Source of the DNA: Minisyncoccota bacterium
GTDB lineage: Bacteria; Patescibacteriota; Minisyncoccia; Phycocordibacterales; JABMNX01
Length of the DNA stretch: 64,000 bases
Assembly: GCA_026195275.1 (NCBI GenBank)
Contig: JAPHQU010000002.1
Location: 5,964 to 69,963 of the forward strand
Direction: 5' to 3'
A program made the position numbers and the translations under genes. The first letter of the stretch is position 1; each line of letters begins with the position of its first letter. Below are positions 1-8,941 of this stretch, piece by piece. Under the pieces are notes generated by a model that saw nothing but the letters and a program-made list of their open reading frames with translations, had not been told where the DNA came from and ran no database searches.

Positions 1-150
1 CTCACACGCTCCTCGCTCGAAATTATAATGACGAGGTCGTAGGTTTTGCGCAAGAGCACTTCTTATTTACTAACTCACTAGCTCGTAAGTAAATAAAGTC
101 GAAGACGTCAGGCCCAATCACTCACTTGGAGGTCCGACCCCCAAGCACAC

Positions 151-174
151 AATCATACGATATATCGTATGATT
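151..174. repeat. distal copy of the same palindrome (AATCATACGATATATCGTATGATT, 24-bp perfect)
   Basis: identical 18-bp core to the 51.5-kb array. Confidence 0.85.
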
Positions 175-390
175 GTAATTTGAGAAATACATCTTTTAAA
201 GATACATAAAAATACAAGGACTAAAAACACAAGGACCGCCCTTGTATAGACAAAACAAAGTCGAAGCCGTTTAAAACCCACTCACACCCCAAGCGACCGC
301 GGCCTATTCTACACCCCCACAAATCAATAAATTCTTGACTTTTCTTCGTTAGAGGAGTTTACTGGGTGTAGTCAGAAACAGGAGGGACTA

Positions 391-513
391 ATGAAAGAGC
401 AGCCGTCTGCCCTTGGCTACATCCTCGATGTCATGTTGGGTTTTTTCTTCGAGATTCCGCCGGAAATGTTGAAGCCCAAGAAGAAGTACCTTAGACGCCA
501 GGAGGGCCTCTAA
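391..513 (+). CDS. small hypothetical protein (40 aa, MKEQPSALGYILDVMLGFFFEIPPEMLKPKKKYLRRQEGL)
   Basis: ATG preceded by GGAGGG at 381-386; stop TAA followed directly by GC-rich hairpin plus T-run (521-558). ORF is below the track size cutoff, and I recognise no homology. Confidence 0.3.
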   Translation: MKEQPSALGYILDVMLGFFFEIPPEMLKPKKKYLRRQEGL

Positions 514-520
514 GGCACAC

Positions 521-558
521 GCCGACCGCACCAATTTGGTAGCGGTCGGCATTTTGTT
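521..558 (+). terminator. rho-independent terminator (gccgaccgc-loop-gcggtcggc + attttgtttc)
   Basis: 9-bp perfect stem followed by T-rich tract, located between small ORF and rsmI true start. Confidence 0.5.
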
Positions 559-574
559 TCTGTATGATGATGCT

Positions 575-1249
575 ATGCCAAAACTCTATGTCGTTGGAAC
601 CCCAATCGGGAACCTGAAAGATATCTCCCAGCGAGCGCTCGAAGCACTTGGGTCTGTTGATTTGATCTTGTGCGAGGACACACGAGTGACAAAGAAGCTA
701 CTCGCGCATTACGGGATCGAGAAGCCGATGAAGCGCATGGACGCACATATCGAGGCTTCATCGGCGGGGAAGGTTACTGACCTCTTTGAATCTTACGAAA
801 GAATTGCACTTGTATCTGACGCCGGCACCCCAACACTCTCCGACCCGGGCGATCGGCTCGTGCGCGCTGCGCGTAGTGCTGGTGTTGCTATTGAGGTAGT
901 GCCCGGACCTGCTGCTCTCACTGCGGCACTCTCAGTGTCTGGATTACCCGCGTCCGAGTTCACTTTCCTCGGTTTTGTGCCACATAAAAAAGGAAGAGAG
1001 AAGCTTTTTGCTGAGGTGGCAGAATCCACTCGCACTATAGTGATGTACGAATCTCCACATCGAATCATGAAGACCCTCAGCTCGCTTGTGACACACCTCT
1101 CGTCGGAGCGCACAGTTGTGGTGGCGCGTGAACTCACGAAGCTGTATGAGTCAACTATCTCCGGTACGCCGCAGGAGGTCTTCGACCATTTCACTGCGTA
1201 CGAAGAGGAGCAGCGCGGAGAGTTCGTGGTGATCGTCTCTGGCGTATAG
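575..1249 (+). CDS. rsmI: 16S rRNA (cytidine1402-2'-O)-methyltransferase RsmI (tetrapyrrole/corrin methylase fold)
   Basis: N-term KLYVVGTPIGNLKDISQRALEAL, CEDTRVTKKLL, YESPHR motifs typical of RsmI. The track ORF starts at 536 but overlaps the upstream terminator; Met at 575 fits the family N-terminus. Confidence 0.85.
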   Translation: MPKLYVVGTPIGNLKDISQRALEALGSVDLILCEDTRVTKKLLAHYGIEKPMKRMDAHIEASSAGKVTDLFESYERIALVSDAGTPTLSDPGDRLVRAARSAGVAIEVVPGPAALTAALSVSGLPASEFTFLGFVPHKKGREKLFAEVAESTRTIVMYESPHRIMKTLSSLVTHLSSERTVVVARELTKLYESTISGTPQEVFDHFTAYEEEQRGEFVVIVSGV

Positions 1250-1267
1250 ACGAATATTTGATTTAGG

Positions 1268-1579
1268 ATGCCTGCGCGCGGTATACTAGGGGTATATATG
1301 CAGAGCATGACCAAAAATTCAACCCTCATCTTCCTCGGTGTCCTTGTTGTTTTCTCTTCATTTCTTGGTATTCCCGGTTCATGGAAGATGGTAATTTTCA
1401 ACTTTCTTGGTTTACTCATAATCATTACCGCGGCACTCCTCCGTCGTGATATCACCTCAGGTTCCCTTTGTGCGCATTTAACCGAAGAGAAGCATACCGA
1501 TAGTTACCGTCAGACTGGGGTGTTGCGTCCGGATGACACACATGAGCATGGAGAGAGCACTACAGGAAATCAAGAATAA
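1268..1579 (+). CDS. small hypothetical membrane protein (two predicted TM helices)
   Basis: ORF with two hydrophobic stretches; no recognisable family; overlaps start of next gene by ~45 nt. Confidence 0.25.
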   Translation: MPARGILGVYMQSMTKNSTLIFLGVLVVFSSFLGIPGSWKMVIFNFLGLLIIITAALLRRDITSGSLCAHLTEEKHTDSYRQTGVLRPDDTHEHGESTTGNQE

Positions 1580-2864
1580 TACTCGAGCCTACCTCTTCGG
1601 TGCTCTTTTTGTCGGGCTTCTTTCCGGAGCGTATTTCGGGGTGCCTGTGATATTGCCGGTTTCTTATTCATCACCCGAGGTGGCGGATTCGGCGGCTGTT
1701 GCCTCAGTAGAAGAGGAAAGAAAAGAAAGTATATCGCACGCCTCTCATATTCCGACACCTGAAGCAGTGAAAGCGATCTACATGTCGCAGTGCGTCGTGG
1801 GCACACCTTCTTTCCGAGACTCCCTCATCACACTTATTGAGGAGACCGAGCTCAATTCTGTGGTCATCGACATCAAGGACTACACCGGCAAGATTGCGTT
1901 TGAGACTGAACACCCACTCCTCAAGAGTTTTGTCTCTGACGAGTGTGGTGCCCGTGATATGCGTGGTTTTATAGAGACACTCCACGAGAAGGAGATTTAC
2001 GTTATTGGGCGCATCACTGTTTTCCAAGATCCATTTTACGCGGAGATACACCCCGAATTGGCAGTGCAGAGCGTAAGCGGTTCCGGGACCCCGTGGGTCG
2101 ACTACAAAGGGCTCTCGTTTATCGACGTGAGCTCAAAGCCATTCTGGGAATATATCGTTGCGCTCTCAAAAGAATCATACGAAATCGGTTTTGATGAGCT
2201 TAACTACGATTATATTCGCTATCCGTCTGATGGACCGATGAAGGATGCAAAATTCGTAAACGATAACAAATCAGAAGCGCTTGAGATCTTCTTTAAGTAC
2301 CTCTACGAAGAGGTGCACCCGATTGGTGTGAAGATGTCTGCAGACCTCTTCGGGTATACCGCGATCTTCACCAATGACCTCGGCATTGGTCAGCAGCTTG
2401 AGCGCGCGTTGCCATATTTCGATTACATTGCACCAATGGTCTACCCATCGCACTACAACAAAGGTTTTGCCGGACTCGAAAACCCGAACACTGATCCATA
2501 CAAAGTCGTATTCACCTCAATGGAAGAAGCAGTGCGACGTACTCTTGCAAAAGAGACCGTTGTAGAGACTTTGGATGGGGAAGAAGTGTTCACGAGTGAA
2601 GTAATCCCCGCGCATTATGCTGAGGACGTGGGTTTTGTCGCAACCAGTACGCGTCAGGTAGTGACCGGGTACTACACAAAACCCGTCTATGATATACAGA
2701 AGCTTCGCCCCTGGCTTCAGGACTTCGACTACGGCGGTGACTATGACATTGAGGAGGTTCGCGCGCAGATCCAGGCAACGTACGACACCAGCCTCACCAG
2801 TTGGATGTTGTGGAGTCCGAGCAACCGCTATACACGCGGAGCGCTTGAACCCGCCCAAGAATAG
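1533..2864 (+). CDS. membrane-anchored DUF4015-like putative glycoside hydrolase (TIM-barrel-like)
   Basis: N-terminal TM helix; core AVKAIYMS...LNSVVIDIKDY...HEKEIYVIGRITVFQD...PELAV resembles DUF4015 (putative glycosyl hydrolase) family; exact start (1533/1545) uncertain. Confidence 0.5.
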   Translation: MTHMSMERALQEIKNNTRAYLFGALFVGLLSGAYFGVPVILPVSYSSPEVADSAAVASVEEERKESISHASHIPTPEAVKAIYMSQCVVGTPSFRDSLITLIEETELNSVVIDIKDYTGKIAFETEHPLLKSFVSDECGARDMRGFIETLHEKEIYVIGRITVFQDPFYAEIHPELAVQSVSGSGTPWVDYKGLSFIDVSSKPFWEYIVALSKESYEIGFDELNYDYIRYPSDGPMKDAKFVNDNKSEALEIFFKYLYEEVHPIGVKMSADLFGYTAIFTNDLGIGQQLERALPYFDYIAPMVYPSHYNKGFAGLENPNTDPYKVVFTSMEEAVRRTLAKETVVETLDGEEVFTSEVIPAHYAEDVGFVATSTRQVVTGYYTKPVYDIQKLRPWLQDFDYGGDYDIEEVRAQIQATYDTSLTSWMLWSPSNRYTRGALEPAQE

Positions 2865-3001
2865 GAGTACGATAAAAGTGGTATGGAGGTTATCTCCATG
2901 TCTTTCTCGAAAGGAGGTGAGTCCGTTATCTCCCAGAGAGCCAGCATAGCTGGGGTTACCGCTCTCACACGTGCGGTTTCAATAGGCGAAGGAGGTTTTC
3001 A

Positions 3002-3027
3002 TCAAAGGCGCGCCCACAGGGCGCGCC
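3002..3027. terminator. perfect palindromic hairpin aggcgcgcc-cacag-ggcgcgcct
   Basis: 9-bp GC stem seen directly in sequence in the 260-bp noncoding gap after the DUF4015 gene; weak T-run so terminator function uncertain. Confidence 0.35.
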
Positions 3028-3127
3028 TCTTCATATCCCAAAGAGACACTCATTCTCATTGTATAAATAGGTATTTCTTTGTTTTACTCTTTCAACTTTC
3101 AACTTTTTACTTTACACTTGTTGATAT

Positions 3128-5041
3128 ATGGATGATCTCCAAAAAGTAACCTATATCGGCGCCACAGACGCGCGTGGCAAACGACAGCCTTTCGGTATCA
3201 AAGCGCTTGATCGCGCCAAGCACATGTATGTGATCGGCAAGACCGGTATGGGCAAGTCGACCTTGCTTGAGAATATGGCGATCCAGGACATCCAACATGG
3301 GAATGGCTTGGGCTTCATTGACCCACACGGCTCGACCGCTGAGAAACTCCTTGACTACGTGCCCGAGAATCGCATCAAGGACGTGATCTACTTCGCGCCG
3401 TTTGATATGGATTACCCGATCGCCTTTAACGTCATGGAGGATGTTGGCTACGACAAGCGACACCTCGTTGTCTCGGGACTCATGTCGACCTTTAAGAAGA
3501 TCTGGGTTGATGCGTGGTCGGCGCGTATGGAATACATTCTTACCAACGTGCTCCTTGCGCTCCTTGAGTATCCTGATTCGACACTCCTTGATGTGAATAA
3601 GATGCTCACCAACAAAGCCTTCCGCAAGAAAGTGGTTGAGAATATAACCGACCCCATCGTAAAGGATTTCTGGACGGTTGAGTTCGCAGGCTATACCGAC
3701 CGGTACACCCAAGAGGCAACCCCGGCAATTCAGAATAAGATCGGGCAATTTACCAGCAATCCGCTCATCCGCAACATCGTTGGGCAGCCAAAGTCGAGTT
3801 TTGATATGCGTGAAATCTTGGACTCCAAGAAGATATTCATTGCAAACCTCTCCAAAGGGCGCATGGGGGAGACTAACGCCGCACTTCTTGGAAGTATGCT
3901 TACCACCAAGATCTATCTCTCAGCCATGAGCCGCGCCGACGAGCCAGCTTCAGTTCAAGCGAAGCTCCCGCCTTTTTATTTCTATGTGGATGAGTTCCAA
4001 TCAATCGCGAACGAGTCGTTCGCCGACATTCTCTCTGAGGCCAGGAAGTACAAGCTCGCGCTCACAATCGCACACCAGTACGTCGAGCAGATGGAGGAGA
4101 ATGTGCGCAACGCCGTCTTTGGCAACGTGGGTAGCACGATCGCGTTTCGTGTCGGGCCGTTTGATGCTGAAGTGCTTGAAACCATCTTCCAACCCAAGTT
4201 CATGGCGGAAGACCTGGTCGGGCTCGGCTTTGCACAGATCTATCTCACACTTATGATCGATGGGGTTGGGTCAGCCCCTTTTTCCGCAACCACCCTGCCG
4301 CCAATTGAAGAGCCGGAGATTACCTTTAAGGATGAGGCTATCAAAACATCGCGCAGTGCATATGGTCGGTCGCGCGCCGAGGTTGAGCAAGTTATCTCTG
4401 ACCGCAACAAGGAGGAGCTACCTGAGCCGCCGATGGGTGGCATGAAGAAGAAAGGAGGACAAGGAACTCCACAGAAAAACAGTACTCAACCAAAAGGGCC
4501 GATAGTCCACAGCACAAGCGGAGCACGGAAGGAGAAGACAACTATCCCACTTGCTGCGCTTAAAATGCATCAAAAACCGAATGACAAAGGTCCGAGTCCC
4601 GAACAACGATCAGCACTCAAGGAGGCCCTAATGTCGGCTCAAAAAAAGGGAATCACGGGTGCACCCTCTGCTCCAAAGGAGCCTAAGTCACAAGAGAATC
4701 ATTCACAACCGCAGCGAAGAGGCGCTCCTGAGGGGGCAGTTTTACACACTATGGAACGCGATTCACAACAGCCGGAACCAGCTTCAGAAAAAAAGGAACA
4801 AAGACCTACTCCACCTGAAATAAAGAGAGGACAATCTTCAGCACCCCAGAAGGAAGAGCAAAAGGCGGTTCAACATAAAGAAACCGCCGCACAGAAACCG
4901 CCGCAAGGACCTCCCCAAAAAGAGACACCAGAAGAGGTCTCGACACAAACTCTTTCTCCCGAGCAGAAGATTCAAGCAGAAGGCTCGCCCGGAGAGGTGC
5001 CACTTGATGTGCTCGAAGATATATTAAAGGACGACAAATAA
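3128..5041 (+). CDS. soluble FtsK/HerA-superfamily ATPase of the TraD/TraG/VirD4 'type IV secretion DNA-binding domain' type, with ~200-aa disordered K/E/P/Q-rich C-terminal tail
   Basis: Walker A VIGKTGMGKSTLL, Walker B FYFYVDEFQ, LTIAHQY motif; no N-terminal TM helices; low-complexity tail from ~aa 430 ending DVLEDILKDDK. Confidence 0.65.
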   Translation: MDDLQKVTYIGATDARGKRQPFGIKALDRAKHMYVIGKTGMGKSTLLENMAIQDIQHGNGLGFIDPHGSTAEKLLDYVPENRIKDVIYFAPFDMDYPIAFNVMEDVGYDKRHLVVSGLMSTFKKIWVDAWSARMEYILTNVLLALLEYPDSTLLDVNKMLTNKAFRKKVVENITDPIVKDFWTVEFAGYTDRYTQEATPAIQNKIGQFTSNPLIRNIVGQPKSSFDMREILDSKKIFIANLSKGRMGETNAALLGSMLTTKIYLSAMSRADEPASVQAKLPPFYFYVDEFQSIANESFADILSEARKYKLALTIAHQYVEQMEENVRNAVFGNVGSTIAFRVGPFDAEVLETIFQPKFMAEDLVGLGFAQIYLTLMIDGVGSAPFSATTLPPIEEPEITFKDEAIKTSRSAYGRSRAEVEQVISDRNKEELPEPPMGGMKKKGGQGTPQKNSTQPKGPIVHSTSGARKEKTTIPLAALKMHQKPNDKGPSPEQRSALKEALMSAQKKGITGAPSAPKEPKSQENHSQPQRRGAPEGAVLHTMERDSQQPEPASEKKEQRPTPPEIKRGQSSAPQKEEQKAVQHKETAAQKPPQGPPQKETPEEVSTQTLSPEQKIQAEGSPGEVPLDVLEDILKDDK

Positions 5042-5043
5042 AT

Positions 5044-6468
5044 GTGACACAGCGATACGTCAGAGGAATACTCCTAATATTGTTTTTTTGGAGTCTTCCT
5101 GTGGGTACGCATGCATCGGTGGTGTTCTCTGAGGTCATGTATGATCTTGAAGGGTCCGATGAAAAGAGAGAATGGGTTGAGATATTTAATACTGGAGTTG
5201 TAGCAGTTGATCTAGCCGAGTGGCGTTTTTTTGACGGGTCAAACCATATCTTAAACGAGCCACCCAAGAACGGCAGCTCCGGGTCGCTGATACTTGCTCC
5301 TGGCGAATACATGATACTCGCAAGTGACGCGGGCACTTTTTTGTCGGAGTATCAGGTGTCTGTGTCGGTGATTGATACGGTCATGAGTCTTGGTCAGAAG
5401 AATGATCGAGAGTATACAATTCAACTAATTGATGGCGACGGGGTGGTTGTTGATAGCATGACGTATACGACCGACCAAGGAAGTGAGGGGAACTCGCTCT
5501 CTTATGAAGGTTCTTCTTGGAAGGCGGGTTTTCCAAACCCCGGAGAGGGGGACCTTGCAGCAGATGACGCTTCTTCTGCTGAAGACAATCAGGAGACCAC
5601 TTCAGGGTCGGAGAACCTCAGGGACTTCCCAACAGAACCGCAGATAACTGCCTTCGCGGGCGATAATCGAGTGGTAACCGTTGGTGCTGATGCTGAGTTT
5701 AAAGGAACAGCGGCCGGTCTTCTGGGTGAGCCACTTGCGGGTGCACGCTATTTGTGGAACCTGGGCGACGGGAGCACAAGAGAAGGAGAGTCGGTTCTCT
5801 ATCATTACCAGTACCCCGGAGAATACATTGTCGTGCTCAACGTCTCCTCAGGGGAGTTCAGCGCGACAGATCACATTGTTGTCTCAGCGCTTCCTGCGCT
5901 CGTCTATATCACTGAGGCGACACCTGCGTATGTTGCGCTTACCAATAAGAGTGACCGCACGCTTGATCTCTCATGGTGGATCCTTAAATCAGGAAGTGAC
6001 ACATTTATGCTTCCCGAATACACGAGCATACTGCCTGGGCACACATTGAGGTTTGCCGCGTCAGTCACTGGATTGCGTCCACAGGGCGCCTCGGATACTG
6101 AGCTACAGTACCCAAACGGGCGCGCGGTAACCTTAGATGAATCAGTCGTCTCAGAGAACACCCAGGCATATGGTCGGGTGGGTGCACTGGAGGCAGAGAC
6201 TGTGCGCTCGGGCCGCTCGATTGTCGGCATGACCGTCTCACCGGGAGCTGAACCGGCAGTGAGGGAGACGGTCGAGGTTGTCCAAAGTGACGCCAGAGAA
6301 CCAAAGACACAAGAGCGTGAGGTGCTCACCGCTTCTGTGAGGAGCACTTCTGGGAAAACTAGTTCGTTTTGGTATATTCTCGCCTTGCTTGGCGTTATCG
6401 CGTTCGGTATTTTAAGCACACTCTTTGTCAGGAGGGCATCACAAGACGAAATTACCATACTAGAGTAG
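5044..6468 (+). CDS. secreted, C-terminally membrane-anchored LTD-PKD-LTD protein (lamin-tail-domain surface protein)
   Basis: Signal peptide MTQRYVRGILLILFFWSLPVGTHA; LTD motif VVFSEVMYDLEGSDEKREWVEIFNTGVVAVDLAEWRFFDG; PKD-like ARYLWNLGDGSTREGESVLYHYQYPGEYIVVLNV; second LTD-like segment; C-terminal TM helix; GTG start within TAAATGTG junction with upstream gene. Confidence 0.6.
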   Translation: MTQRYVRGILLILFFWSLPVGTHASVVFSEVMYDLEGSDEKREWVEIFNTGVVAVDLAEWRFFDGSNHILNEPPKNGSSGSLILAPGEYMILASDAGTFLSEYQVSVSVIDTVMSLGQKNDREYTIQLIDGDGVVVDSMTYTTDQGSEGNSLSYEGSSWKAGFPNPGEGDLAADDASSAEDNQETTSGSENLRDFPTEPQITAFAGDNRVVTVGADAEFKGTAAGLLGEPLAGARYLWNLGDGSTREGESVLYHYQYPGEYIVVLNVSSGEFSATDHIVVSALPALVYITEATPAYVALTNKSDRTLDLSWWILKSGSDTFMLPEYTSILPGHTLRFAASVTGLRPQGASDTELQYPNGRAVTLDESVVSENTQAYGRVGALEAETVRSGRSIVGMTVSPGAEPAVRETVEVVQSDAREPKTQEREVLTASVRSTSGKTSSFWYILALLGVIAFGILSTLFVRRASQDEITILE

Positions 6469-6498
6469 GCACCCTTTCTATTGTATAGTTGAGATATT

Positions 6499-7794
6499 AT
6501 GGCTACCGTACGGAAGATAAAGACAGGCACAACCACACCAAAACGAGACAAGACAACGGCTTCGCGCCCCAAGAAGCGCGCGCTCATATTCTCCATGACC
6601 TACCAACCGTTTGTTGGTGGAGCCGAGGTTGCGGTACGTGAGATCACCGACCGGGTCTCGAAAGACGAGATCGAATTTCATATGATAACGCTCAGGTTCG
6701 ACAGTGCACTCCCAGAGGTTGAGCAAATTGGGAATGTGCTCGTGCATCGTATTGGGTTTGCTCGTCCACACCCCTCTCCTGAGGGTCTCAAGCAATTTCC
6801 ACTTCACCTCAACAAGCTCTACTACCAGGTAGCTGCGGCGCTTCGTGCAAGCCTGCTTCACCGGAAATATCACTATGATGCGACCTGGGCGATCATGGCG
6901 CATAGTGCAGGGGTCCCCGCAGCACTCTTTAAGATGAGCCACCCGCAGGTCCCGTATCTCCTCACACTCCAAGAAGGTGATCCGGTTGAGCACATTAAAC
7001 GGGTGATGCTCCCGCTCTACCCGCTCTTTGTTCGTGCATTTAAGCGCGCCGATCAACTCCAGGCAATCTCGACCCACCTCGCTTCGTGGGGGACAGCGAT
7101 GGGTTTCCATGGGAAGCCGGTGGTTATCCCAAACGGCGTTGATATCAATCGCTTCAGCAAGGAGTATCCGCGGCGCGAGCTTGAAGAGCTAAAACAGAAG
7201 CTCGACAAGAAGGTGAACTCAATCTTTTTAGTGACCACCTCACGGCTCGTTGAGAAGAACGGAATTGATACCGTGATACACGCACTTGTGAAGCTGCCGC
7301 CACAGGTATCATTCCTGGTACTCGGCGAGGGGCCCGAAGAAGAGAGGCTCAAAGCGCTCGCGCGCAATCTCGGGGTCATGAGTCGAGTGCGCTTTCTTGG
7401 GCACGTCCCACAAAAGGAGATCCCCAAGTATCTCAAGGTGTCAGAGATATTCATCAGACCTTCGCGTTCAGAGGGTATGGGCAACTCGTTCATCGAAGCA
7501 ATGGCGTCAGGGACACCGGTTATTGCGACACAGGTTGGAGGCATAACCGATTTTATTTTTGACCCTGACCGGAACCCCGACGTAAAGCCGACCGGACTTG
7601 CAGTCGACGTTGACGACTCGGCGGCAGTAGCCGAGCAGGTGCTTCGCTACAGCTCCGATGTGCTTTTGCGGCGGGAGATCACAGACAACGCCCACGCACT
7701 CGTAGAAGCGCGGTATGATTGGAAGCTCATTGTGCGCGCAATGCACGAGAAGGTGTTTACACCGCTTTTCTCGAAAACAACAGCGAGAAAATAA
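6499..7794 (+). CDS. glycosyltransferase family 4 (GT-B, Glycos_transf_1) with basic N-terminal extension
   Basis: ALIFSMTYQPFVGGAEV N-domain, EGMGNSFIEAMASGTPVIATQVGG C-domain motif. Confidence 0.8.
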   Translation: MATVRKIKTGTTTPKRDKTTASRPKKRALIFSMTYQPFVGGAEVAVREITDRVSKDEIEFHMITLRFDSALPEVEQIGNVLVHRIGFARPHPSPEGLKQFPLHLNKLYYQVAAALRASLLHRKYHYDATWAIMAHSAGVPAALFKMSHPQVPYLLTLQEGDPVEHIKRVMLPLYPLFVRAFKRADQLQAISTHLASWGTAMGFHGKPVVIPNGVDINRFSKEYPRRELEELKQKLDKKVNSIFLVTTSRLVEKNGIDTVIHALVKLPPQVSFLVLGEGPEEERLKALARNLGVMSRVRFLGHVPQKEIPKYLKVSEIFIRPSRSEGMGNSFIEAMASGTPVIATQVGGITDFIFDPDRNPDVKPTGLAVDVDDSAAVAEQVLRYSSDVLLRREITDNAHALVEARYDWKLIVRAMHEKVFTPLFSKTTARK

Positions 7795-7795
7795 T

Positions 7796-8941
7796 ATGAA
7801 TACCCAACGTACAATAAACCTCCTCATCGCTACCGGGGCATACCCGCCGGATATTGGTGGCCCGGCGACCTATGTGAAAATTCTCGAAGAAGAGCTTCCT
7901 CAAGAGGGGTTTGTGGTTTCTGCTCTGCCATTCGGGCGTGTACGCCGACTCCCGCGCTTCATTCGTCACGTTGCGTATGGATTCCTACTCTTTAGAGAAG
8001 GTCGCCACGCTGACATAATCTACGCGCTTGACCCGGTGAGTGTTGGGCTTCCCGCGGTGCTCATAGCACGCGCGCTGAGGAAGCGATTTATTGTACGCAT
8101 CGCAGGTGATTATGCATGGGAGCAGGGGGTGCAGCGCTTTAAGGTGAAAGATCATCTCGACGTGTTCTCAAAGAAGAATGATGAGTATCTACTTCCGATA
8201 CTTATACTCAAGTGGATACAGAAGTGGGTCGCGGAGAGTGCTGAGCGCGTCATTGTGCCGAGCGCGTACTTCAAAGGAGTCGTGAGTAATTGGGGGGTTG
8301 ATGAGGATCATATTGTTGTCATCTACACAGTTGTTGATGACATTGCGTCTCAAGGGAGGCGTGACTGGCTCCGCGAGATGGTGAAGTTCGACGGGAAGAT
8401 GCTCGTGAGCGCAGGGCGTCTCGTTCCATGGAAAGGGTTTGAGGCACTAATCGAGCTTGTACCCAAACTCGTCTCTCGCTACCCAGATTTTAAACTTCTT
8501 ATCGCTGGCGATGGCCCCGATTTTCACAAGCTCGATACAATGGTGTCACGGAAGAAACTCGACGAGTATGTAGCGCTCACTGGTTCACTCGAGAAAGCCG
8601 TGCTCTTTAAGTACATTCGCATGGCGGATGTCTTTGTACTAAATACCAATTACGAAGGTCTCTCGCATCAGCTTCTTGAGACCATGGCGATCGGCACACC
8701 TGTTGTCACCACGCGTGTCGGTGGCAACCCGGAGCTTATCAAGCATGAGAAGAACGGCCTTTTAGTTAAGTATAATAATAAGAATCAGCTGTTTGAGGCT
8801 ATTGTACGTTTGCTCGACAATGAAGGGGAGTCACAGCGCTTTGTGCGCAATGCACGCGAGACACTCAAGAAGTTCTCAGTTGAGCAGATGATCCCGAAGC
8901 TAGTAACTATTTTACGAGAAGACCATGGAAAGCAAACCTAA
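7796..8941 (+). CDS. glycosyltransferase family 4
   Basis: LLIATGAYPPDIGGPATYV, EGLSHQLLETMAIGTPVVTTRVGGNPELI; ATG 1 nt after upstream stop. Confidence 0.8.
   Translation: MNTQRTINLLIATGAYPPDIGGPATYVKILEEELPQEGFVVSALPFGRVRRLPRFIRHVAYGFLLFREGRHADIIYALDPVSVGLPAVLIARALRKRFIVRIAGDYAWEQGVQRFKVKDHLDVFSKKNDEYLLPILILKWIQKWVAESAERVIVPSAYFKGVVSNWGVDEDHIVVIYTVVDDIASQGRRDWLREMVKFDGKMLVSAGRLVPWKGFEALIELVPKLVSRYPDFKLLIAGDGPDFHKLDTMVSRKKLDEYVALTGSLEKAVLFKYIRMADVFVLNTNYEGLSHQLLETMAIGTPVVTTRVGGNPELIKHEKNGLLVKYNNKNQLFEAIVRLLDNEGESQRFVRNARETLKKFSVEQMIPKLVTILREDHGKQT

Noticed and set aside
793-1455. Large antisense ORFs opposite rsmI, the polysaccharide genes and the giant surface protein (e.g. 793-1455, 6478-7110, 35802-37115 minus strand)
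   Set aside because: No family resemblance, skewed amino-acid composition, fully overlapped by well-supported sense genes.
2883-3149. 88-aa ORF MEVISMSFSKGGESV...
   Set aside because: Spans a palindrome-rich intergenic region and runs into the start of the ATPase gene in another frame; no coding signal.
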